Below are positions 11,795 to 23,269 of a stretch of DNA of 64,000 nt, piece by piece. Numbering within the stretch: the first letter of the stretch is position 1; each line of letters starts with the position of its first letter. Position numbers and translations under genes: made by a program. The stretch is from Mizuhopecten yessoensis (taxonomy: Eukaryota), in the NCBI RefSeq assembly GCF_002113885.1, contig NW_018408465.1, positions 3,371,898 to 3,435,897 on the forward strand, in the 5' to 3' direction. Below the pieces are notes generated by a model. That model saw only the letters and a program-made list of their open reading frames with translations, was not told the origin of the DNA and ran no database searches.

Positions 11795-12214
11795 TAAGAT
11801 AATTTCGCTAAAAATTGATAACAAATTACATAGCGAAATACAACATTTCGTATTACCAGTAAACTATCACTTGATACACTATAAGGAAAAAAATTCTTTA
11901 AACACTATCAACTAAGATATTATTTGACAAATTTTCATTATAAAGACTACTTGACATATTATTAATAAAAAATCATTACTATATTCACCATCAATAAAGA
12001 TATTACTTTATACACTACCCGTAAAGATACTTGATACACTTTCAACAAAGACGTGCTTTTTCACTTAAGCTCAAGTTCATTTAAATTTAAAAATGTAAGC
12101 TATATACCCCAATAGCTGTGCATATTGCAATATGACGGTAAACCAATAAACAACTGCATCACACGCTAAGCGGTTATTACAATATATTTTTCTATTCCAA
12201 CTCATTCTGAAAAC

Positions 12215-12941
12215 CGCTCTAGATACTACAGGCGTTATGCTCAGTCATACTCTCTGCACCCCTGTAATATGTCATAGCAAAATCGAGGGTTTGGTGTGCG
12301 CCGCCTTGTGGATGAGAAGAGAAGACTAGTTTAATTAATCCTTGAATGTTTACCAAAAGAATTTCGCGGGCGCGAAGCGGTAAAATTCATTGACTTTAAA
12401 GTCCGGTGTCATTCCTCTGTAATCTTAAGAAGACAGGTATATCAGCCTAGCGATTGGTCACTTTTTTTCTATTCGAGACCAATGAAATAGCTAGCCGTGC
12501 CCCTGACATATTCAAGGGGTGCAGAGCAGGGACGTAACCAGGACTATGAGTATGTGGAAGCNGGGGGGGGGGGGTACCCCCCGAGATTTTTTCGGAATCT
12601 GGAACCCATTCTGGTGCAGTTTGAGAATAAAATACTTATCATTTTCATATTTGGCTTGTAGTATTTTTTTTCAAAGGCGTAATAATTAGTTCCATATGAA
12701 CAAGGAACATTTTCTTTAAATAGTCAATAAAAGAAACAATATCAATGAGATAATGAATTCACTGAGGGCCCAGGATTATATGAGTTGTTAAAATTTATCA
12801 CATAAAGTTTATACAATGTGATCCTTGTTAAAAGTATACTTAAAAAAATTACGTGGAAGCCCGTGCGTCCGTGCGTACGCCTGGTTACGTCCCTGCAGAG
12901 AGCGGTTACAAGTGAGCGTAACCCCTTGAGGATCGAGGATG
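12215..12941. mobile_element. Mutator-like non-autonomous DNA transposon with a nested insertion
   Basis: 9-bp TSD TCTGAAAAC (12206-12214 and 12942-12950); homologous to 44783-45276. Confidence 0.8.
12527..12895. mobile_element. Nested TIR element (hAT-like CAGGG termini)
   Basis: TIR CAGGGACGTAACCAGG / CCTGGTTACGTCCCTG; 5-bp TSD CAGAG. Confidence 0.85.
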
Positions 12942-13602
12942 TCTGAAAACATTATATGAGGCGTGTGTGAGAAAGCTCTCTTGGGTGCATTAAAGTCGAC
13001 AATGGAACACGGATCTATACAAATGAAATGATGCTGTGGCTATGATTGTTGGACAAGTTATGGCAGTTTTACTTAAAGATTTCATCTTTTACTAGGAGGA
13101 TTGTGGGATGGACGTCATTTTCCTGTACAGATTTGATGACAAACATCCTGACGGCAGTACGTGGTTAACCAAGCTCTTTCTGGTTTGATTTCAGTCTGTC
13201 TCTATTTTTGTTTTGGTGTCTTTTCAGCCCCTGATATTTTATTTTTTCTGTTTCGATTTCCGCATCGATTATTGTACTGATACTGGGGTGGAAAAGGAAT
13301 TACATGTAAACAACATTCATGCTGATATAACCGCAACTTGGTTACACGACTATCACATTTCTAATGGATATTACAACCCTAGGCTTCATGCATCTGTATT
13401 GTCAGTGCAAATCATGGAACAGCCAAATGTCACCTGAACGGTTGCTTTCTATGATGATTTCACGTTGTGCGGGGAGGTGTAGGCGGAACTTCAATACGAC
13501 ACCGATTCCATTCCGTTTGATAATACTAAGTATACATTGAAAATGGGACTGATGTAAAGTTCATGATAACTATAGAAACACTGGGTGTAAATTGAAGACA
13601 TT

Positions 13603-13955
13603 TTATTTGTTTGTTGTTGCCCTTGGTGACGAGAGGTTGCGTTTTATGGTCTTCAGCATACGGAAGAGATTTGGACTGTCTATGACCAACAGACCCACCG
13701 CCAAAGTTACGAGGATAGTTCCCGCCAAGTACCCAACCACCGTGGCGGAGGTTCGGTTGTCGGGGGCAGATACAAGTGTCCGCACGTACTTGGCTGTGCC
13801 TTCCCGCTTTACCAGTAGTTTCTGCCTCAGCTCCGCCACCAGACTCTCCAGCTCCTCCTGGCTGTAGTTGGTCGTTACTAAGGAGCACGCGCGACACCTG
13901 CACGTCCGGTTCAGGACGTCGGGAGTCGTGGTTCCTCCAAGCCACTGGGTTGTGT
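13603..13955 (-). CDS. Terminal exon: CRCRAC, amphipathic helix, SAPDNRTSA motif, TM helix, basic cytoplasmic tail
   Basis: Acceptor tctttag; DTTQWLGG...CRCRACS...ELESLVAELRQKLLVKREGTAKYVRTLVSAPDNRTSATVVGYLAGTILVTLAVGLLVIDSP...NK*. Confidence 0.82.
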
Positions 13956-16900
13956 CTAAAGATAACAAAGCAAACATTTGAAGTAAGGGGATGTCTTGAC
14001 ACATTACACAATACATTTATTGTGAGACATTTACAGAACTTAACCTGCGTACAAGGGGACGACTCGACACCGTATAGAAAGATGAAATTTAGACACACGC
14101 ATGTGATGGCCTCTATTTAATTGGTAATTGATGCAATATGCCAAAAATTCGTCCTAGGTTTCATCAGTGATGCTAGGGGGGCAAAAAGCTGGAAATCCAA
14201 ATTGGCCTCCTAAGCTAGTTGAAGCAGAACGGAAGATGCATGTGCATAAAATGCCTAAATTATATGAATTTAAAAAAAAGAAGATGATTGCTGGTTAATT
14301 TCTAACCAATAAGAAAAGTGTATAAGCTACAGTAAACCTCGGGGACCAAGCAATCCACCAACGGGGTCTATATAACACCTTGTATATTGAAAGACGAATG
14401 TAAGACACACACACATGTGATAGTGTCTATAAAATCTGGTAATTGATACAGTAATAGTATGTCATAAATTAATAAATTACACTGCGCCTTACAGCTGTTC
14501 CGTCCTTCTAGGACTCATCGCTATGGTAACGGCCAAATAGGTGGAAATCCAAATAAGTCTAAACTAATGTGAAGCAGAAGGGAAGGTGCAAAAAAACCCC
14601 GAATATCGTGGATGCGAAATACCATACTGAAAGTACCCGGCACAACATTCCACCGGTCACATTATACTGTAAACCGGTAAACTAGTTATTACGAGGGTCA
14701 TTCAATAAATTCTCTCACAACACAGCTCCCGTGCGAACGGACAATAAAATCGTTTAGCGCCTTTGCAAAATGCAAAAGCATTTAAAGAACAGTGCGCGTG
14801 CAGGCAGTACACATCACATTCTGACCAAGGGCTTTAAATTAAAGAAGCTTTGTGTCAGATGGACTCCCTTTGCTGACATCTTATCAAAAGCTCAAACGTT
14901 TGAAACGTGTTAAAATATCATAAAATGTACCGTCATCATGACTAAGGAAAGCTTTCCGAGTTACTTACAGGGAATAAAACCTGGTTATATTACTTTGAAC
15001 CCCAGATGTGCATTAATAACAAGCAATTGTTGTCGAGAAATCAAGAAATGTCAGTGATTGCAAGACGAATGAAAATCTCAGAAGAGTTTTGTATGCCATT
15101 TTCCCCAATTCCAATAGGCCTGTGGTTCAGATACCGTTCAAGACAATGAAAAATATCACTGCCTAGTTTTACAGAGACAAATATTATACATAAAAAACGT
15201 TAAATGGTTGAATGACATCCAGTTAATTCAGGACAATGCTTTAACCAACAAAAGCAATAGTGTACAGGCGCTTTTTGAAGCAAGAGAAGGTATTACAGAT
15301 TGACCACCCATCCTATTCACCATAGCTAAGTCCCTGTGACGTCTACCTGTTTTATTTTACTAAGGCAAATGCTCTCTTAGAAACGGTATGCATTTAGCAA
15401 TGCCCTGGGTAGTGCAATCTTCCAGTGCCCCGCTAGTATACCAAGGGGAGACTACCGCGCAGCGTTTAAGTTATGTTTGCTAAGGAGGAAGATCAAACTG
15501 TATACACCATACCATACTGATACTAATGACATAATTTATTGAATTGTCTCCGTAAATTCTTAACGTTTATCAGTGAATAACAGCTATCATTTTGAGAACT
15601 TTTGTATGTACCGGCCTGGGGACAGACCACCTTGCGTTCTCCACTTTTGGCGAATGATAAACACGAAGGCCAAAAGTGAGGCATGGCCAAGCAAGACGCC
15701 TACGACCAGACTTGTTGTAAGTAAGAAGAGAGAAAATATAAAAATCGAAATGTTGAAATGTGTACAGCAGACTTATTTTGGTAGCTTTGTTTATGTTCCT
15801 AAGTAAATCCCCCCCCGGAGAATTCCCACATTAGTTGCCTCTTACGACATACAGTAGGTATACCAGCAGGTACCTTCTTTTCTAAACCCCTGATCTGTAT
15901 GGGTACATACCTGTTCAAGGTGTTGTCTTCACACATTATAGAATATGTATATTTTAAGAAACTGTTTCGAAGTTTACCTGACTTCTCGGTACGTTAAAAC
16001 GTAGGTGGGTCGTGAGTACTATTTTTGGTACTTTACCTATGTACAAGGGGAAATCTCGAAACGTTACTAAAGGCTTCAGCTGTGTTAAAATACAAACCCG
16101 TCTGAGTTGAAACGTCGATGCTTCCAGTATTGGTTGCGGGGTCGATTGCTGTGGATGCAATTGGCACCGATTGCGTTGACGCTGCGGTCGCTACCGTTCC
16201 TTTAGGTGTCAGATCGCAATCCGGCTGTCACACAACATCACCAAGGTTTATATAACGTGTACATAACATATATTCTCCAATCTTATTATCAGGAGTATAT
16301 TAAACTATTACTTAAGTACATTGTTGCCAAACATATTTAAGATTTTATGACAAAAATAAAGATATTTTCGACTCTGCTTGTCCAGGGAACAACATTTGTT
16401 TTCTCCAACGTGAATTGCTGAGCAAGGGTACAAAAGATTATGTCACACTCTAATAGTAAGAGGTTGTCATATGGCCATTTCCGTATCACATACCAGCCCG
16501 AGACAACCATATCAGCTCGAGGGGCCGAGGCCCAAGGGCTGATATAGCTCGAGGGTTGATACCTGCCTATATGGGGACGTCTAAAAATCATTTCAGATTA
16601 TACTTAAGCTGAATACAGGTGAACGTCTCGACACGTTACGCAATATATTTATTTTAACTAACTGTATGGTACTTTGCCATAGGGCTTCGTTGTACAATAA
16701 AGTATAGTTCTTCGATTATTTACTGAGATAATGCTAGGTACTCCAAATGTACACGAGGGGACGTCTCGACATGAAACTGCGTCTACTTCAGTCGAACATG
16801 TGGGACATTTCGGCACATTACATAACGTTCCCATCATGCCAGGTGTAATGCGGTGGTACTGACGTCTGTTGTATGACATTTGTGTAAGTCTACCTGTATA

Positions 16901-17894
16901 TAAGGGAAAGTCTCAGAATATTACCTTTGTATAAGGGGAATGTCTCGACACATTACCTGTGTATAAGGGGGATGTCTCGACTCATTACCTGTGTATAAGG
17001 GGAATGTCTCGACACATTACCTGTGTATAAGGTGAATGTCTCGACACATTACCTGTGTATAAGGGGAATGTCTCGACACATTACCAGTATATAAGGAGAA
17101 TGTCTCAACACATTACCTGTATATAAGGGGAATGTCTCGACACATTACCTGTGTAAAACGGGATATCTCGATATGTTTTCCGTTTGTAAGAGGATGTATC
17201 GACACATTTTACCTGTTTGTAAGGGATGTCTCGACACATTACCCATTTTTTTGTGCATTACCTGTGTATAAGGGGAAAGTCTCAATATATTACCTTTGTA
17301 TAAAGGGAATGTCTCGGCACATTACCTCCGTATAAAGGGAAAGTCACGACACATTACCTGTGTATAAAAGAATGGCTCGACACATTACCTGTGTATAAAG
17401 GGAATGGCTCGACACATTACCTGTGTATAACGGGAATGTCTCGACACACTACCTGTGTATAAGGGGAATGTCTCGACACATTACCTGCATATAAGGGGAA
17501 TGTCTCGATACATTACCTGTGTATAAAGGGAAATATCTTGACACGTTACCTGTGTATAAGGGGAGTGTCTCCACACGTTTCCTGTTTGTAAAAGGATGTA
17601 TCGACAATTTCCCTTGTATAAGGGATGTCTCGACGCATGACCTGTGTATAACGGGATATCTCGACATGTTTCCCGTTTGTAATAGGATGTATCGATACAT
17701 ATTGGATGTCTCGACACAATACCCATTCTTTGTGCATAAGGGGATGTCTCGACATATTTCACATTTGTATAAGGCGTTATCTCGAAGCATAACATGTATG
17801 CAAGGGGAATGTCTGTACATATTACGTGGACGTGAAAGTAGTGCCGTTTGTGTCGGACAAAATCACTACCACGATCTCGCTTAAAATATCTCCA

Positions 17895-17937
<43 letters not shown>

Positions 17938-18030
17938 NNNNNNNNNNNNNNNNNNNNNNNNNNNNNNNNNNNNNNNNNNNNNNNNNNNNNNNNNNNNNNN
18001 NNNNNNNNNNNNNNNNNNNNNNNNNNNNNN

Positions 18031-18084
<54 letters not shown>

Positions 18085-21000
18085 TAATGTAATACTAAAT
18101 TTTATTGAAAATATTAATTAAACTTAAATTTGCCATCTTTTATATATCTATATTATAATATGTTATTTGAAAAAGGCTTTATATAAGTTGGACAACTGGT
18201 GCCCAATCCCAATTGTATAACAGAAGCAAATAAAAATATGTTAAAATCAAATATACTACTAGTGTTGAAGGGGATGTCTCGAAACATTAGGGGATTGTTT
18301 CGACACATAAGCCATAACCTTTGTATACGGGATGTCTCGACAAATAAGTTATGTATACGGGGCTGTCTCGACACTTTACATGTTTTTAAGGGGACGTCTC
18401 AACACATTACCTGTATATAAGGGGAATGTCTCGACACATTACCCTTGTATTAAGGGGATGTCTCGATACATTAACAATCACTGTGTATAAAAGATGTCTC
18501 GATACATTACCTGTTTATAGGGGAGTGTCTCGACACTTCACCTATTTCTACAGAGATGTCTCGACACTTTACATGTTTGTAAGGGGATCGACTTATATGG
18601 GGGAATGTCTCGACACATTAGCCGTATATATGGGGGGATGTCTCGATACATTAGCCTTACAGGATGTCTCGATACATTACCTATGTAAAAGTTGAACGTT
18701 TGAAAAGGGATGTCTCGACACATTACCTGTAAGGAAGGGGAATGTATCGACACATAACCTATGTATACGGGGATGTCTCGATATATGACCTGTTTATAAG
18801 GGGGTTGTCTCGAGATCTTACCTGTACGCATTCACTTAACCTGTGTATAAGGGGATGTTTTTGTACATCAACAATATTGTGCATTGTGTAGCAATGAAAA
18901 TAACACATTATCTTTCAACATGTGGTCACGTAGTATAGTATACAGTTAAAGTATGGGGTTGAGGGATATATCAAGTTTCTGGTGTCCCGAGACCAGGTCT
19001 ATTTCCCGAGGTGAAGCCGAGGGAAATAGGCATGGTCAAGGGACACCAGAAACTTGCTATATGCCTCAACCCAATATTTTAACCGTTTCATTATACCATA
19101 CACACTGGAGAGATAGTTTTAACTAGAAAATATTTGTAAACCATAAGCTGCCCTTTTGATGGCAATGGAGCCAAATGCTTCCGAGTTCGGTAGCAAGCTC
19201 CGCCCACCTCGCGCGTCACTGCCGAGCTCGGTAACAAGCTCCGCCCACCTCTCGCCTGATTGGCTCGGCGGAAACACCCGAGTGTAGGTGTGTTTTAGTT
19301 CCCAGACTAAAACACAGGACTAAAACACACTCAGGCAAAAATTCGGATATATTCGATTTAACCAATAACTTGTATATAGAGTAAATAAAGTAGAGGTGTA
19401 ATACAAATACTTTAACTTGTTAGAGTCTGCTGAGGTACTTGATCGGTACAGCGCCGCAAAAAAAGTAGAATTATTCTTTGGTTAAAAAACAATAAAATGG
19501 TCTGCTAGTAGTGAAATATATCACCTTATATGAAATAAATTGAGCGGATAATTTTTCAATCTTTCCTCAATCTTTAGTAACCTTGACATTTAGTCTAAAA
19601 AAACACAGGTGTTTACTTCTTACCAAGAACTATATCCCCGCGATTCAATTTGGATGAGGTTAGAAAGAATAGATACGGAACAGAACTTGACTAAGTTTGG
19701 TGAAGATAATGAGTACTAGCAAAGTAACATAGCAGAAACAAAATTGTTAATGGACAGACAGACGGACAAGATGAGGCCATCAGCACCCATTTTTGTAGCC
19801 CAAAACTGTAAAAAGTTTCAAATATCCCGACCTCCCTACCGGAGTGGTCTCCCATCTTCACACCTCTTTTTGGAGTCTAAAGGCAGCTGGAGTGAGGAGG
19901 CAAGGGGATTACCATACATAGTTGGGGAATCATGTTAACTTTAATATATAACGTTCATTGTGTACTTACGACTTGATTGGGAATAATTGGGTACCCGAGA
20001 GCTTCTGCGCCTTGGCTGCCGTGGATGTAAGCCGACACTGAACATCCGGAACCACAGCTGATGACGTGGCGACCTGGTTCCACGAGTGATTGCGAGTGGT
20101 AGAACGCCACACCCTGACCAGGCAAAAAGGCCGTAACTACTGGGGTGTTATCCAAGGAGATGTGTGTAACATCGCATACCAGTATCAGATATGCAAATTG
20201 TGTGGTGTTTGTTACAAAAAACACCAACCGTTGCACTCGTTGCAGTGGCTGTATTCTGATCATGGTAGGGTCAATATTACCGGCGTCAAATCTGATAATC
20301 ATTGTCACCGAGACAGGGTTGTTTGACCTAAACAGACAGTGTTCGTTTCCCATGTCTTTCGATGAGGATGGATTAGTGCTAGTTAACTCAAAACAGGGGC
20401 CACACGAAGAGGTCACGTGAGTGTCATCGGTACCTGTTACAAAAATAGCTTCGTATTCTGCGCCGCGAGGCGGCACTATGGCATGGGTGCATCCCCAAAG
20501 GTGTTCCGGGGCCACATGTTGTACCAGATGGTTCCTTTCCCCTCCGACGTCAGTATATCTGTTACCACTGTACACACTCACAACCTTATCCGATCTTATG
20601 TGAGATCCGGTCAAGTCGTTTGACATAGTTTGTAGTTGTAGGGTTTCGAAAGCATTGATGGTTTCTGTTAATGAATATTGAGTTACATGGCCATACTTGA
20701 ATGATTTTGGGCTGATAATGTTGACAGTGGTGAGATCATATACTCCAACGATCAAGATCTCTGCCTTTCCGCTTTTAGTAACGGGATAGTAAGAAAATCC
20801 AAGCGACGCTACCGGAATACCCAGAAATCCGTCCATGTAAGACGACCCACTGGTTACGCGATTGATCCCCACAATATATATTTCCTGGTCAGACTCGATA
20901 GATATACCCTGCACGCTCTTCCCTGTTCCTTCGACCTCGTATTCCACTGGAATCGCTATCGAAACAGAATCCATTGGTCCTACCAAATATTTTGAGTCGA

Positions 21001-22795
21001 GTATTGGATTGTTTGAGGAGCCGACAGACTTGACCATGATGGAAGCAGCAATCGGAAAACTCTGATTCGTGCGACCGATGTAAATGGTTAACGCCTTTGT
21101 ATCATATTTGTTCTGCATAAAACCCACCATGAAGCTGTTACCATGACAAACTGAAACGATGATAAAAGTCGTTATCAGGTGACTACACTAACCATTAATG
21201 TTTTACCCTACAAATACTGTTATACAGTGATACAAGTCAACAAAAGGTAGCAACTCTATCCATTAATGTTATACCCTACAGATACTGTTATGCAGTGATA
21301 CAAGTCAACAAAAATTAGCAACACTATTAATTAATGTTATACCCTACAGATACTGTTATACAGTGATACAAGTCAAGATAAGGTAGCTACACAATCCATT
21401 AATGTTATAGCCTACAGATACTGTTATACAGTGATACAAGTCGAGATAAGATAGCTACACTATCCATTAATGTTATACCCTACAGATAATGTACGGTGAT
21501 ACAAGTCAAGATCATGTAGCTACACAATCCATTAATGTTATATACAAGTCACGATCAGGTAGCATCTACACAATCAATTAATGTTATACCCTACAGATAC
21601 TGTTATACGGTGATACAAGTCACGATCAGGTAGCTACACTATCCATTAATATTATACCCTACAGATACTGTTATACAGTGATACAAGTCACGATCAGGTA
21701 GCTGCACTATCCATTAATGTTATACCCTACATATACTGTTAAACAGTGATAAATTCAAGATCAGGTAGCAACACTATCCATTAATGTTATACCCTACAGA
21801 TACTGTTATACAGTGATACAAGTCACGATCAGGTAGCTACACTATCAATTAATGTTATATACAAGTCACGACCAGGTAGCTACACTATCCAATAATGTTA
21901 TACCCTACATATACTGTTATACAGTGATTCAAGTCACGATCAGGTAGCTTCACTATCAATTAATGTTATATACAAGTCACGACCATGTAGCTATACTATC
22001 CATTAATGGTATACCCTATATATACTATGTAGTGTTGTACAGTGATACAAGTCAAGTACTATATTCTAGGCCTACAGATGCTGTTATACGGTGACAGTGT
22101 ATTACAGTATAGGTATCGGCCAGACGCTACGTTACTACAAGTACTTATTCCGTCTTTGCGTATTGCAGAGTTATCTTCTCTTGTGAGCAGGTATTGATTG
22201 TTACGTCATTGGTTTGTGTGAGAAAATTACGTCGTTTTCTCAAAAATTGTTGACGTTATTCTCACAAACCAATGACGTAACAGTCCATACCTGCTCACAA
22301 GAGAAGATAACTCTGCAATACGCAAAGACGGAATAGGTCCGATGATAATGCCAATACGGGAAGGTATCGGTCCCACAGTATTGTCAGTTCTGTGTGGTAA
22401 AAACAGATGTCAAGTCGGTTTTACTCACGAGACACTACAGATAAAACCATTCCAATAGTGTTTATAATACATGAACCGTATTGGGTCTATGGTATAACAC
22501 TTCATATATAGGTTTTTATCCAAAAATAGTTCCATTAAGTGAACTTCATATGACGTTAGTTGTTCTAAAAACGTGAATCGTGCAACTGATTTCTTAAAAG
22601 GGGAGAATTAACAAAAAGTTGTTGAACATTTAAACTCCAAAAAGAGAAAAAGCAAGAAAAAGTCGTCAACAGAAATTGAATCAGATATGTTAATTAAAAA
22701 AATAAAATAAAAAAATACAGCGCTCAGTACTTACCCTCAAATAGGAAGAGAAGCAGTATACGAGACACAAACAGAAACCTTCCGAGGGAATCCAT
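13603..22795 (-). CDS. Type-I membrane protein with IgGFc-binding-protein N-terminal domain, S/T stalk and CxCxxC-helix-TM tail (~577 aa)
   Basis: Exons 22735-22795 (signal peptide), 19970-21150 (IgGFc_binding-like), 19840-19876 (tentative), 16098-16199 (S/T stalk) and 13603-13955 (TM, stop); phases 1/0/1/1 are compatible. Confidence 0.8.
14065..14600 (-). ncRNA. Degenerate tandem (~310-350 bp) retrozyme-like dimer with type-I hammerhead remnants
   Basis: Minus strand 14520-14488: C-GATGA GTCC tagaa GGAC GGAA CAGCTG TA. Minus strand 14166-14147: CTGATGA aacctaggac GAA. Flanking blocks of the two units are homologous. Confidence 0.6.
14690..15352 (+). pseudogene. Mariner transposon remnant (transposase pseudogene)
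   Basis: TACGAGGGT terminus; degenerate motifs LTGNKTWLYYFEP (cf. TGDETW), QDNA and HPSYSP*LSPCDVYLF (cf. YSPDLAPCD). Confidence 0.85.
16098..16199 (-). CDS. Ser/Thr/Ala-rich stalk exon of the IgGFc-domain gene
   Basis: (G)TVATAASTQSVPIASTAIDPATNTGSIDVSTQT; symmetric phase 1-1. Confidence 0.7.
16890..18865. repeat. 32-bp minisatellite interrupted by (CT)n/(CA)n and a 93-N assembly gap (17938-18030)
   Basis: Unit GTATAAGGGGAATGTCTCGACACATTACCTGT. Confidence 0.95.
18941..19086. mobile_element. Long hairpin of a non-autonomous DNA element
   Basis: ~65-bp imperfect inverted arms around CCCGAGGTGAAGCCGAGGG; similar hairpins at ~16455-16590 and ~59135-59250. Confidence 0.6.
19970..21150 (-). CDS. 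IgGFc-binding protein N-terminal domain exon
   Basis: 1181-nt open exon with family-typical motifs FMVGFMQN, DGFLGIPVASLGFSYY, DLTGSHIRSDKVVSVYSGN, HLVQHVAPEHLWG, DPTMIRIQP, AYIHG...GYP; acceptor tttcag, donor GTAAGT. Confidence 0.9.
21170..22060. repeat. 68-bp intronic tandem repeat
   Basis: Unit CACTATCCATTAATGTTATACCCTACAGATACTGTTATACAGTGATACAAGTCACGATCAGGTAGCTA with internal deletion variants. Confidence 0.92.
22146..22335. mobile_element. 190-bp palindromic MITE (TA-flanked); second copy 25804-25993
   Basis: TATTCCGTCTTTGCGTATTGCAGAGTTATC...GATAACTCTGCAATACGCAAAGACGGAATA near-perfect inverted arms. Confidence 0.9.
22735..22795 (-). CDS. Signal-peptide first exon of the IgGFc-domain gene (proximal copy)
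   Basis: MDSLGRFLFVSRILLLFLFE+G|gtaagt; phase 1 joins VCHG-NSF of the large exon; TTTAAAA and TCAGT Inr-like motifs upstream. Confidence 0.75.
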
Positions 22796-23269
22796 GATAG
22801 TTGCTTGACTGATTTAAACGTCCCAGGGGTGACGTCTTTTTAAAGCGGGAACTACAACCACACGAGTAACCAAGCATGTGACATGTAACGTACACGTTTA
22901 CCTTGTAGTCTCGTCTTGCACGTCAATTGCTCATTACAATACAATATTAATAAGAATGACATTCAGGTGGAGAGAATCAGTGCTATAATGAGATAGCAGA
23001 ATATGTAATGAGCGTGTGACTTGTATCATCCAGCTCGTCCTGATCCACACAACGTCATACAACGGGTCAGCCTATTGCTGAGACTGATTGGCGCATCGTC
23101 ACCTATCAAACAAGTGCACCCTACAGCTAGTCCAGTACTTTATTAGACATCTTATATACCATTTAAAATTATTTTTTTTAGTTTTATTAAATTCTGGATC
23201 GACAATGCTCCTTGAACAAAAGTTAAGTTGGCTTGTCACAGTCTTGTATCAGGTAACTACACTATCAAT

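Noticed and set aside
13526-14098. 190-aa minus-strand ORF and overlapping plus-strand ORFs
   Set aside because: Shadow frames of the real terminal exon 13603-13955.
17826-17879. Additional stalk exons of the IgGFc-domain gene (also ~15978-16018 and ~16740-16865)
   Set aside because: Weak or purine-rich acceptors, or incompatible phases; not needed for a complete reading frame.
16890-18865. Numerous ORF-track ORFs in the 32-bp minisatellite and across the N gap
   Set aside because: Translations of repeat units, microsatellites and Ns; no splice or homology support.
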